64,000 bases of DNA from Selaginella moellendorffii (GCF_000143415.4 NW_003314287.1:1014203-1078202), one strand, 5' to 3'; positions 25,414-37,616 are shown, numbered from the stretch's first letter. Numbers and translations are program-made. Notes: generated from the sequence alone by a model not told the origin.

Positions 25414-26645
25414 ATGGGCGAACTAGTACAGGGCCTCGAGGAAGCTTGCCGCCAGATTGCCGGTACAGAGACTGATGATTGCAGGACATTCGCAGTAGTT
25501 CCTGTTGGAGATCTGCTGCGACAGAAAGTGGCCAATGGAGTGACTCAAGAGGTGACTGGACAGCTACACAGCGCCGCAGAGGACAAAGAGGAAGGGCCAA
25601 TCGAACTATATGTGGATGAATTTGAGTCTGAAGACGAAGATGAATCTGAAGACAAAGATGAGTCCGAAGACGAAGACGAGAGGCTAGAGTTATTTGGTGT
25701 TATACCATGGTTTGCGCCCCCTAGGTTCCATAAACTATTAAAGCTATAATAGGAACCCGAACCCGTTACCTCTTGCGAGCCCCGACCTAGCGGGGACCCC
25801 TCTGATGATTTACCTCTCTTTTTTTCCTTTCTCTTCTTATGTATTTCCGAATTGACTTAGTGGCCCTGATCAGGTTTGTAAAGTCGGCTCTTGCAAGTTT
25901 GTGATTAAGAACGGGGACATAATGGAGTGGTTTGTGGACGGAGTGAATGATGCTATTGTGTATCCTGTTGGAGGTCAGCTACACAGGGGGAGTTTGGCAT
26001 TTGACTTAAGATTTTTTCGGTCTTTTCAGAAATACGGTTTTCTTATTTCGTTTTTTATGACTTGTTTCTCAGCCCTTCAAAAGGGCTGCCAGATCATTGC
26101 TACTCAAGGCCCAAAATACTTCATAGACTGGGAGACGGAAGCTGCCACGTATCTTGGTCTCACTTACAGGTATGCGGAGTGCGTAGAAAATTTGATACAC
26201 TTATTATAGGGACACTATATCATTTGCTTGCGAGGAGGGCGTTAAGCACATAGGGCTCCCAGCTATCTTGTGTGGATGTGGCGGGTTTGTACTCACGCCT
26301 TACCTCTTGTATACTGAGTTTCCATTGTATTTCAGGTTTCCTCTGGATAAATTGCTGTAGAAAGCGTACAAAAGGCACTGAAAAGTGCTAAAGTAAGCTG
26401 CCCTGAATTAGGTATGCGTTTTTATCTGTGTACAAAATTGTAGGTTCACTTTGTCTTAAAGGACGAACCCACCTTCAGGGCCTTGGGTAGCTGCAACAGA
26501 CCTCCTTGCATTTACGGATTATGATGGCTACGTATCTTGTTGGAGCACCAGACTTCCCTTTTCATACACTTCCGAAGGGATTCCAACTTACGATCCATCA
26601 CACTGTGGCCAGAAGAAATGTCCTCTCAAATCCGCTGAAAAATGA
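25414..26645 (+). pseudogene. Degenerate macrodomain (Appr-1-p/MacroD-like) gene with an acidic N-terminal extension
   Basis: Spliced pieces give 'FVIKNGDIMEWFVDGVNDAIVYP', 'IIATQGPKY', 'LGLTYR|DTISFACEEGVKHIGLPAILCGCGG|FPLD', 'VHFVL'. These parallel the plant MacroD motifs 'GDITKW.VD...DAIVNPAN', 'VIHTVGPIY', 'IAFPAISCGIYGYP', 'VHFVL'. Lesions: tandem stops at 25747-25752, a probable GT>GG donor at about 25989, and frameshifts near 26400-26485. Confidence 0.7.
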
Positions 26646-27371
26646 GAAGGGAAGTCTTAAAAAATGGATAAAGAAAGTGTTCAAAAGCCATTTTTCAAAT
26701 CTATCTAAAACAAACCTTTGAGAGTGGATGCTTATGCTGTGGGATGATCTTGAAATAAATTGAAAGAGTGGGAGGTTACAGTTCACACATCGCTTGGCAA
26801 TAGATTCAATAGGAAATTTTGTAATTATTTCTGGGAAAAGAGTGAAATTTCAATTAATTGTCTTCATGTCCAAGGAGCTTGTGGTGTGTGTGGTAAGCTG
26901 ACATAAGCGACATCTTAAACCATGTCCCCATTGACATCTTTTGGTGTTGACTTGTTGTTAGCTGGTTTTGGAGCAAGCTCAGTCAACAGTCGTCGTGCAA
27001 ACCTGCTGACTGAAACGCAAACCACAAACCACACGACAACTGCCGACTTCTGGTGAGACAACTAGTTTCTAATGAAGAAATTAAAGGAAGATATGTCTCA
27101 ATGGTTAACTTCCACAAGAGTGTCATCTTTATCAATTCTTACAATGCACTGTCTAACACTTAAGAGGGAGAGCGATCCATTTGACTCGCCCATTTGGATC
27201 CATTGCCCGCTTATTTCTCAAATCTCCTATAAAAGTTGCATCCACCATGTGAAAGAGATCTTCAATGATGTCTAGGAGAAAAATTACTACACCTGAAATT
27301 TCATCCTCATGGCTTATGCCTAATAGAGCTATGTCAGGGATGCCAAGCGTTCGTTTAGTGGAAAGACCAGA

Positions 27372-27484
27372 CTTTCATGCTCACTACAGACGTTTTCCTA
27401 GGCGTATTTGACCAAATGCTGGACAAGAGACCAGTTGTATCTGGTCAAACAAGTTTGAGAAAGTATATGTAGTAAGCATGGAAG
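27372..27484 (+). repeat. Imperfect inverted repeat / long hairpin (arms about 50 nt)
   Basis: 'ctttcatgctcactacagacg...tttgaccaaatgctgg' pairs with 'ccagttgtatctggtcaaac...tatgtagtaagcatggaag'. Confidence 0.7.
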
Positions 27485-28359
27485 ATTTTTTTATGCTTTG
27501 TGGTTTTTTGTATTATCACTTTGATTAGTTTATTGAGATATTGGTAAGATATTGTTAATGCTTGCTTTAGCAATTGTAATCTTTTAGTATTATTAATTAA
27601 ACTTTATTCAGATTAGCTTACATTTTGATATATTAATTGTTACTAATAGATTGGGATGTTATTTCCTTTGAGTGGTACATTCATGAACTTTGTAAAGGCT
27701 ACACAAAGAAAACAGATTAGTAAACAAAACATGTGAATTAGATGGTGAAAAATATATTATATCGTAACAATACGTAACATAATAAAGACTTTACTTTACC
27801 ATGTTGAAATTGGGATTACATTTAAGCAAAGATGTTCAAAATAAATTTGATTCATAAACAACTAATCTAGCCACAAAACTTCATAAGATTTTGGTGGTGT
27901 ACAAACAAGTGGATTAGAATAAACATAAAGTGGAGAAATTTGCTAATGAACATTATTAATTCTAAGAATATCATCTTTATATGAGTAATCTTCTTTCTGT
28001 TATGTGAGTAGATAAATACTTTCGTGCCTTTGTGAAGTTTTAGATATCTGAAGTTTTAAACCACATTAGTAAAGTAGCTTATTGAATACAGTTGTTATCT
28101 GGGCCTCGGTAGGGGGTGAAAATTCATTTAATATTCTAATTTAGCCATTTAAAAAATACATTATCTCAAAGTGAAGAATATAATGATTCTTTGATGTATA
28201 GAATTGTGAATGATGAATCAAGAGCTTGAGTGAAATTCCCTAGAAAAAATGATTTAGAATGTAACTCATCTTTGGGGCAAAGACATTGTTGGTGGGGTGA
28301 AATTTGTTAACGTGGTCAACATGGGTCAAAAGTCAGCCATCACTTAAGGGTTTTATTAT

Positions 28360-28427
28360 GGAGCCCTAAAACTTTTCGCAAAAGGGATACAAAGAATATA
28401 CTGATGCGGAAAATATGCCTCTATTTT
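28360..28427 (+). repeat. About 70-bp diverged direct repeat, copy 2
   Basis: 'ggagccctaaaacttttcgcaaaagggatacaaagaatatactgatgcggaaaatatgcctctatttt' aligns with 25079-25147. Confidence 0.85.
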
Positions 28428-28523
28428 ACCTTTGACGCGGCTTCCCTTTCCCTTTACGACCCGACTAGTTTTTAATAGCGCTATCGCGTTGTGTCGCTAG
28501 GGTTTTTGGAAAGTAAGAGCGCT

Positions 28524-30512
28524 ATGATGGATCCGGAGATGATCCGCCTCGCGCAGGAGCAGATGAGCCGAATCCCGCCCGCCGAGCTCTTGCGGATGCA
28601 GCAACAGGTGAGCAGCGCTGTGGATTGATTAGGTTTACGATTGCGTTGTGCCTGGAGCAGATGATGGGCAATCCCGACCTCCTGCGCATGGCAACCGAGG
28701 GAATGAAGAACATCAGGCCCGAGGATTTGCGATTCGCGGCCGAGCAAATGAAAAATATGCCGAGTGAGCAAATAGCTGACATGAGCGCCCGGATGGCCAA
28801 TGCATCACCCGAGCAGATTGCGGCCATGAATGGAGACGCCACTGCCCTGATGCTGAAGAACCAGGTACTCTCGATCGAGTTCTTGTGCCTTCGGAGCTAA
28901 AAGAATCCTTTTTTCTTTCTTTTCCAGGGCAACCAGCTTCATGGATCAGGACAATTTTATGAAGCCATAGACAAATACAAAGAGGTGTGTGTGATTGAGA
29001 TCATGGATGGCGATTTTTTCCTCACACGTATTTGGCAGGCAAAGCTAAAGTCGCTTGGAGTGAGCTCCGCGGCAGCTTCGAATTTGCGTGTGACTTGCTC
29101 GCTGAATTTGATGTCATGTTACCTCAAGACCTCGCAGTACAGCAAAGCCATCAGCGAAGGCTCGGAGGTTCTTGCTACAGAACCGAGGAACTTGAAAGCT
29201 TTGTACCGTCGTGGTCAAGCATACAAGGAACTGGGAAAGCTTAAGGTAACCACGGTCACTTACTTTCTTGGGCTCTTTTTTTTAAAAACCTGTCCTTTTG
29301 TAGCTTGCTGTAGCGGATTTGACCGAAGCTGCTGCTGTTGCGCCTGACGATGAGACTGTAGCAGACGTCTTGCGCGTGGCAAAGGAAGAGCTAGAAAGGG
29401 AGGGTGACAATGTGGAAAAGGTAGAAAAAGAGGATGACTATGTACAACATAATAGCGATGGTATGTATTCAACTCCGTCTAGTAGTTCGTCTCTCTAACA
29501 CGATCGACGCAGGGCCTATTATTGAGGAGATCACTGAAGAGGAGGCTGAGAGACTGACGTCTACAGTATCAACGCGCAGGGAAGGAGTTGCTAACCGTGC
29601 AACAGAGGGTGAAACGATGCCAAGGGAGGCCTCCACGAGCAGCTTCTCAGGCATGTCTCCACCTAATGACCAAGCCTACGCTGAAGCTATAAAATCAATG
29701 AAGCAAAATCCTGAGTTATTAAGGTATTTTATCTGCTTATACAGACCCATCTTCTTTCCGTTTGCTCATCATTTTCACTTGCAGAAACATGCAGTCAACT
29801 ATGTCGTCTGTGGATCCAGAGCAGCTTGCTGCCATGAGCGGCGGCAAAATGACCCCGGAGATGGCAAAGTTTGCAGCGGACTTGATGAAACACATGTCAC
29901 CCTCCGACTTGGAAAGGATGGTCGACATGGCGAGCGGTTTGAATCTCAACGGAGGTGCTCCAAGCAGCAGCAGCAGCGGGCCGGAGCCGACAAGGCCCGC
30001 AGCTCCAAGCGCCTCTACCGTTCCTTTCCAGCCTTCTCCTGGCATGCTCCAACCCGACGAGCAGATGCGTCGGCAGATGAAAGATCCAGCAATGCGAGAG
30101 GTACAAAAGTCGTTTGCTTTTTTCATTCCCTGTGGGTGACATGTGTGTTTTCTTTGCAGCTCATGTCATCGATGATCAAGAGCATGACACCCGAATCGAT
30201 GGCCAGTATGAGCGAGCAGCTGGGCTTGCAACTTACACCTGAGCAAGCGGTAGCGGCACAGAAAGCGATGGCCAATCTTACACCAGACCAGTTGGATAGA
30301 TTGGTAAGCGATCGCTTTCGTCTAGCTTTCTTCTATTTTTTCTCTGACTGGAACTCTTTTACGAACAGATGAGATGGACCGAACGAGCTCAAACGGTGAC
30401 GGAACAAGCCAAGAGAGCCAAAGCTTGGATCGTGGGTAAACCGGGATTGATGCTAGCGATCTTGATGCTCCTCGTCGCGATTGTTCTTCACTATCTGGGA
30501 TTTATAGGATGA
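28524..30512 (+). CDS. OEP61: Outer envelope protein 61 / TPR7 chaperone receptor (TPR + C-terminal TM anchor)
   Basis: '[16 protein letters not shown]'; Met-rich STI1-like repeats; TPR clamp 'LKNQGNQLH...[12 protein letters not shown]...[12 protein letters not shown]'; C-terminal TM '[25 protein letters not shown]'. Confidence 0.9.
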
Positions 30513-30961
30513 GAGTTAAGGAGCTGCAAAAGTAGCTCTGGCCGAGAAGGACCAAAAAGGCTGTCTGTAATACATCGGAAAAATAAAGTCTGCATTTTTT
30601 CGCGAGGCAATAGCTGGAGCCTGGCAAAAGAACTTACCGCCGACAACACAGATTTCTCGTGCGCCATGGGATCGAGAGATCACAAAGTTTCCTCTCTTGA
30701 TCGCGCGTAAGCTTTGCAGGCCTGGAGGAAGATGGAACATTGCTTTCATTCAAAGCCATTTATGATCTCCAACGAAAAAGAAGCAAGCCACGCGATTTCA
30801 ACCGCTGCTGCGGTCCTTGGCGTGGAGCTCGATGGTTGCTCGCGACCACCTGAGGTTATAAAAATGATCCAGGAGAATGCTTGATCGATCCTCTCCTCTC
30901 TCCTCTCTCCTCTCCTAGCAGTTCTTCTCCGACTTTGAGCTCTCAAGTTCTTCTTGCGAGA

Positions 30962-32047
30962 ATGGGGAGAATGGTATTGAAACTCCTCTTCTTGATCCTC
31001 CCAGCGATCGCGCTAGCCCAAAGAAACACAATGTTCTTCCCAGAATTTAGCTATTACAAGGGAGGAGGAGGAGGCGGCGGCGGCTCTCCCTCATATGGTG
31101 GCGGCAGTGGCGGTGGCTCCTCTCCATATGGAGGTGGCGGCAGTGGCGGTGGCTCCTCTCCATATGGAGGTGGCGGCAGTGGCGGTGGCTCCTCTCCATA
31201 TGGAGGCGGCGGCAGTGGCGGTGGCTCCTCTCCATATGGAGGTGGCGGCAGTGGCGGTGGCTCCTCTCCATATGGAGGCGGCGGCGGCGGTGGCTCCTCT
31301 CCCTATGGAGGCTCCGGAGGTGGTAGTCCATCCGGTGGAGGCTACGGAGGAAATGGTGGTGGTGGATACGGCGGTGGCTCGTCCCCGTACGGTGGTGGCT
31401 CTGGCTCGAATGGAGGCTACGGTGGTGGTGGTGGCGGCGACAATGGCGGAGGCTACGGTGGCAGCAGCGGTGGCAACAGCGGCGGAAGCGGGTATGGCGG
31501 CGGGAGTAGCGGCGGTAGCGGCTATGGTGGCAACAGTGGCGGTGGATACGGTCCCAGCGGCGGTGGTGGCGGATATGGCGGCGGCAGCGGCGGCAGCGGC
31601 GGCTATGGTGGTAGCAGCGGCAGTGGCAGCTCGGGTGGCTGCTCAATCAAGTAAGCAAAGCTCTCGATCGATCTTGGAAGAACTTTTATCCCCATGGATT
31701 CGTTTTGCAGCTTCTGGAAAGACCATGTGGATGCATGGCCGGACGTGCTCAACGTGTACAGCACAATATCCCAGGCGTTTGGACAGGTTCCACAGATGAT
31801 GGACGGCAAGCAATCGCTCCTGTCGGCCCTGGAGGTGCGGGGGAACGACCCCTACAGCTCGCTCCTCCGCCAGGGCACTGCCGCGCTCCTCAACTCGTAC
31901 GCGCGCAAGCACTTCCCCTACTCGCCTGACGCGGTGAGGGCCACCTTCGGCAAGGCGCTGGCGAGCAAGGAGGCGGCGGCAGTCCAGGCAACCAAGTTTG
32001 AGCGCGCAAATGGCAGCGGCTATGGAACCAACACCTTTTGCTTCTAA
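30962..32047 (+). CDS. Secreted Gly-rich cell-wall protein with a Protodermal factor 1 (PDF1)-like C-terminal domain
   Basis: Signal peptide, long Gly/Ser/Tyr-rich region, one intron (31651-31710), then 'CS..FWKDH...LLSAL...DPYSSLLRQGTAALLNSY...FPYS...V...F..AL.S..AA..QA..FERAN', typical of the PDF1 family. TATA at about 30857. Confidence 0.8.
31097..31306 (+). repeat. Coding tandem repeat, 36-nt unit (GGGGSGGGSSPY), about 6 copies
   Basis: Near-identical units 'ggaggtggcggcagtggcggtggctcctctccatat'. Confidence 0.9.
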
Positions 32048-32663
32048 AAGATATAATCTGTATGCAATAATATGATTTATGGATATTAACTTTGTGATCC
32101 CACGAATGCCTCCTGGGATTGCCGTAGCCGTTTGTAGTCACATATGAATAATGAATGTGATGAAAAGTTACCTGGCCAAATTAATTGACTAACTTGGACT
32201 GTGATATTTTTTTGATCCTAATAAAAAACATATTATAGGATAACACTTACATCATTGCTCTAGACATTTATAACAATTTTTCTTATTTCTTCTTTATCTT
32301 CTTGCAAAAAACCATAATATTACTTTATTCATTAATAATAAAGTTACTTTTACTTCTTGTAAAGAAAAGGAAAGCTCAAACATTTTATAGTTTCAAAACA
32401 ATATTGATTATGCTATATGAAAATTATTTCAAGATATATATATGCTTATACCAAAAGAAAATTTAATACATGTGGCAATTGTTTAATTTGACCTACTTCA
32501 ACCTCTAATTATAAGCTACCACATATCACTTCAATGGGCTCGCTATATACTTACTAAAGGGGTTTATGGACACAAAACTTCACCCAGCCCACTATAACCA
32601 ACTTGTTAAGTTAATGTTTGGCTTGTTTGTTCTAGGTAGAAATATGGTTACTTTACCTTATAA

Positions 32664-33050
32664 TGTTAAGATCCCCAACAAGATCAAGACTGGAAAATGT
32701 AAAAGACAAAGAGAAAAGCTAGTGGAAACGAAGAAAAAACTTTAGAATAGCGTTAATTCAAATTGTGGAGAAATGGAACAAGGCTAACCTATATATACTA
32801 TAGGTTGATGAAGCTCTACCACTCTTGGATTGAGGATGGCCTAAATATAGTTGAGGTCGAGGAGGTGCCACATCATCATCATGAATGTGGCTCGAGACTC
32901 AAAAATCATACGGGAAATCAAAGAGTCAGGAATAGAGAAGTGTCTCAAGAGTCAGGAATAGAGAAATGTTTCGAGAGTTAGGAATGTAATCTGCAAATCA
33001 GGAATCCAGCAAGAGTCAGGAATATGGCAAGAATTGGGAGATTCTTGACA
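32664..33050 (-). repeat. 3' LTR (387 bp)
   Basis: 'tgttaagatcccc...gattcttgaca'; on the minus strand it is directly preceded by the purine tract 'gaggagggggtgc'. Confidence 0.92.
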
Positions 33051-33265
33051 GCACCCCCTCCTCAAGAACGAGTGGAACGAGGACGTGAATGAGAACGAAG
33101 AGGAGGATGAGATGGGCAGCGAGGGATGGGAGATGGAGAAAAAGAATGAGGACTGGGACAAGAAAGATAGCGGCGGTGGAAGTTCTGAACAAGGTCAGGA
33201 GAATGAATCAGGTTGTCTGCAGGTTCCCAGGTGCATTCCTAAGGTCCATAACCCTTCCAGTCAAT

Positions 33266-33744
33266 TGTCCCACAATGCCACGTTAAGTGGGACACTTCCC
33301 CCCTTCAGCCGTGCCTAGTCATCTGCCGTGAACCTTGGAATCCACAGGTGAAAGGACACTACTTAGCTATCGTCAATGAGTCAATGTAGCTCCTCTGCTC
33401 AAGCCCGTGCCTCCTCTGTCTCAAACACCACTATATAGCATCCACGTCCATGTGGGAGCAAGTTTTTGATTGTGATCCCCTACTCTAGCGTAGCATTCAG
33501 CCAGTCCATGGCCATGTGGCTAGTGGGAAACTTCCCTCTGAATACTGCAATCATTGCTCTATGTCATAGTTCTTCTTCTCTAGCCGCCACCACCTGGCTG
33601 AGTGCCTCGCCTAGCTTGATTGCCTTTGCTGTCACCTTGGCATCTAGCGCTATTCCAGCTCGTTTCCCTAACTCTCCGGTGTGAGGCTCCGTCTTAGAGG
33701 CTTTTGAGTGTGGGATTTCCTTTACCACCTTTCCTTGTGTGGAG
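33266..33744 (-). mobile_element. Nested insertion splitting the chromodomain: DUF4283-like fragment + PPT + collapsed 29-bp LTR-like end
   Basis: Removing 33266-33744 restores 'KLYYL|IDWKGYGP*ECTWEPADNL'. The insert ends in 'tgtcccac...gtgggaca' (33266-33294), preceded on the minus strand by a G-rich purine tract. Confidence 0.7.
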
Positions 33745-36700
33745 TAGATAGTAAAGTTTAGACCGTGAGATTTTGGAATCAAGGATGTCTTGAACTTCGT
33801 ACTCAAACCCATCATCAAGTTGCACTGGTGGAGGTGAAGGAATGACCCGATTTGGAATAGGACTAGGAATATAAGGCTCAAGAAGAGAGGAGTGAAAAAC
33901 GGGGTGAATTTGATATGAAGAGGGAAGTGCAATGCAGATGATTAATGATGGCAGTGATAGGGAAAGGACCAAGGTGTTTGAAATCAAGTTTGGGACATGG
34001 CCTGATGGTGGAGATATTTTGCTTGAGAAGCTAGACTTTATCCCCAATATTGTAAGGGGGACAATCCTGACGATGGACATTGGCAAATGTTTTGTGAAAT
34101 TCCTAAGCATGATAGAGGTGGAAGGAGATGGAGTTGTGGATTTCTTGGAGGTTGGAGACAAATGCCTCAGAGCGGGGATTTGAATTAGAGGATTCGGATG
34201 GAAAAGGAAGTGAGAGATTGAATTGGGGATTTCGGCCAAAGTTCACAAAGAAGGGGGAAACTCGAAGAGAGGAGTGAACAGAGTTGTTATAGAAGAACTC
34301 AGCAAGGGGAAGGATATCGAATTAGTCATCCTGATAATAGTTGATGAAACACCTCAAGAATTGTTCCAATGTTTAAATCGTTCACTTGGACTGTCCATCA
34401 GTTTGAGGATGATACGCCGAAGAGAGGTTGGCCTTCACTCCAAGTAGCTACAAGAACCATTGCCAGAAATGAGAGATGAACTGAGGTCCCCAATCCAAAA
34501 CCACATTTGCAGAAATCCCATGAAGTCGGAAAATTTCCCTGAATACTAGTTTTGCCATGTCCTCGCCTGAAAAGTCCTTGGTACACGGCAAGAAGTGCAC
34601 CATCTTTGTGAAGCGATCCACCACAACTAAAATGTTGTTGAAGCCTCAAGACCTCAGAAGATCACTCAAGAAATCCATGGAGATGGATTCCGAAGGACCT
34701 AAAGGGACGGGGAGGGAATGAATCAAACCTGAAGGAAGGTGGCAAAATACTTTATTCCGGGCACAAGTGTCACATGAGGTAATAAAAGCTTTGATGTAGT
34801 TCTTGATCCTTTCCAAGTTGAGACAGCACAGCACCAATTGCAAAGTCGAAAGCGTCAGCCTCAATGAAGAAAGGTTGTGAGGGATTAGCATGGATCAAGA
34901 TGGGAGCAGAACTGAAGGCCGCCTTGAGTGTGTTGAATGCCTATTGGGCAGCAGTAGACCAAGAGAAGGGAACATCCTTGTGAGTGAGATGCGTGAGAGG
35001 AAGGACAATATTAAAGTAGTGATTAATGAATTTGTGGTACAAGTTGGCGAAGCCAAGGAAAACTTGACCGTCTGACATTGATTGTGGAGGCTCCCATTCG
35101 AGAATAGTCTTGACTTTGGCAGGATCCATTGTGATACCCTCATGAGTGACAATGTACCCAAGGAATTCCACAAACTCCTGATCGAAGGAACATTTCTCAA
35201 GCTTCGCGTATAGGCCATGTTCCCATAGCTTTGCCAGCGCCTTGCGCACATGCTCGTCGTGCTCCTTTTGAGTTTTTGAATAGATGAGGATGTTATCGAG
35301 GTAGACAATCACCATTTGATCAAGAAACTCCCGAAAAACGTCGTTCGCCATATGTTGGAAAACTATTGGAGCATTTGTCAAGCCAAATGGCATAATAGTG
35401 TACTCAAAGTGGCCATAGCGGGTTTGGAACGTAGTCTTCCATTCATTGCCAGGCCAGATCCGAATCAAGTTGTATGCTCCATGGAGGTCAATCTTGGTGA
35501 AAAAGTGGGCACTGCCGAAGCGTTCCAATAAGTCCGAGATCAAGGGCAGCGGATAATAGTTCTGAACAGTCACCTTATTCAAACCTTGGTAGTTGATGAC
35601 TAGCCGCAAACTCCCATCCTATTTCTTGACCAAGAAGATAGGCACTCCAGTCGAGGACTAGGAATGCTGAATGTACCCCGAGGCAAGGTTATCATCCACG
35701 TACTCTTTAAGGGCCTTAAGCTCGGACGGGGGTAACCCATAGATAGGCCCCCACGGAGTAAATCAATAGGACAATCATAAGGCTAATGAACAAGTAGTAC
35801 ACTAACTTTTTTCTTCTCAAACACATCCCCAAAATCATGATACTTCTCAAGAAGACTGACAGGAGAAACATGTAAAGCAAAAAGGGAAATAGGTTCTTCA
35901 TGAAGGAGTTTTTTCATAGTGATTGTGGAGATAGGATGAAGCATATGACTAAATGGAATGATGAGATGAGGATATTATATAGTCTAAGATGGAAGAGAGG
36001 AAAAAAAAGAGGGTGAAAACTTCATAGAGTCAAGAATAGAACCCCGATTTGAGTTTAGGGAACTTTTTCTAATTCGGACCTGATAAATAGCAGGGGAAGC
36101 CGTGGGAGATAGTGATGTGGGAGAGATGAACTATAATTCCTTCCAACAGATTTGAGGCTGGTGTAGTTGGAACCAAGGAAGGCCGAGCACCACACAGGAG
36201 GACTTGTTGTTGATGATGTTGAAGGCAATATTGGTGACGGTGGACCCAATGTCTACTTGAACGGGCAATGTTTCCCTAAGTCCAGAAGAAGGAGACACAA
36301 AATGCCCGCTAAAGCTTTCAACCCTCAAATCCCGTATGGTAGGAGAAAGAGGAACGTGATGTCAGGCAGTAAAGTCTGTGTCTATGAAGCAGGAAGGTGC
36401 ACCCAAGTTCAATAGTGCTAGAGCCTTGAGTCCTGATTGTCCGGTGAAAGAAAGCAGACATGGGATGCAGAAGTTGCAGGAATTGGTAGTGGTTTTGATG
36501 AAAGGTGGTGAGGAGCTTGATAAAGAAGAAAAGTGATTTTTATTCGGGGAGTCCAAACAGACAGCTCCTACTCTGTTTGGACAAGGTTGTTTCCCAACTG
36601 CAATAGAGGTGGACTTTGAGGCAGAGTGAACTCGAGCAGTCGGGGAGGCTTCTTGGGACACACAACTGCTTTGTGATTAGGATCAGCATAGTAGAGGCAA

Positions 36701-37616
36701 AGATTATGAGATATTTGACGTTGCTTCTCAGCAGGACTCAACTTCCCTCTTATGAGTCGGGGAGTACCAGAAATATCTATCGGGACTAGAGCAGTAGGTT
36801 CAGGAGTATGCCCTGAAGACTCAAGCTGGGATTCCTGAGTCCGAGGAAATGGCGATGCGGCGACTTTCCTAACGACTTTCAAATAGACGATTGTCACATC
36901 GAACAGCTTTGTTGATGGCATCCTATAGGTCCATGGGATCTTCCATGGTGAGCAACAAATCCTTGACACCGTTGTTAAGGCCGAAACAAAATTGATCAAT
37001 CAAGGCCTATTCATCCCACTAAATGTCCAAGGTAAGGAGTTGGAACTCTGCAGCACAAGACGAGACCCCTGAGAGAGACATCTCATCTTTGTGGTGGCAG
37101 CCTAAACTCAATCCATCTCGCCAAAATATGCTTCGAGTCTCTTTGAACAATTAAAGATCCATCAACTCTGGAACCACGACCCTTTTCATGCTTTTCTCTA
37201 GGAGAGGAGAAAACCATGACAAAGCTGCACCTTCGAGCAACATCCCAATCGCATCAATTTGAGACTCGAGAGTGAGGTATTGCCGATGTTGAAGTGCAAA
37301 GATAAGCTCCATTTGGTTCAGGAATCCACAAAGCTCTAAATGCTTGCCTGAAAATTTTGCCGGGAAACTCACCTTCAGTTCATGAACTTTGCTTGATCCT
37401 TGAGCTGAAAGTGAAGCAAGCTCTTGTTGCATACAAAGAAGGGTCGCTTTCAACTTAGTATTCTCATATTGGATTTTTGCAAGGACTTCGGCAAATAAAT
37501 TAGGATGACTTGGAGACTCCATCGGCAAATAAGAAAGAAAAGGGGGAAAAAAGGCAAGGTAGTCAAATAATCAAAACAAGCTAAAGAAAAACAAAAAAAC
37601 ACAATCTAAATCAAAT

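Noticed and set aside
31047-31646. His/Arg-rich repetitive ORF on the minus strand, and the Ala/Val-rich alternative + frame
   Set aside because: These are shadows of the GGN-rich Gly repeat. The signal peptide and spliced PDF1-like domain identify the real frame.
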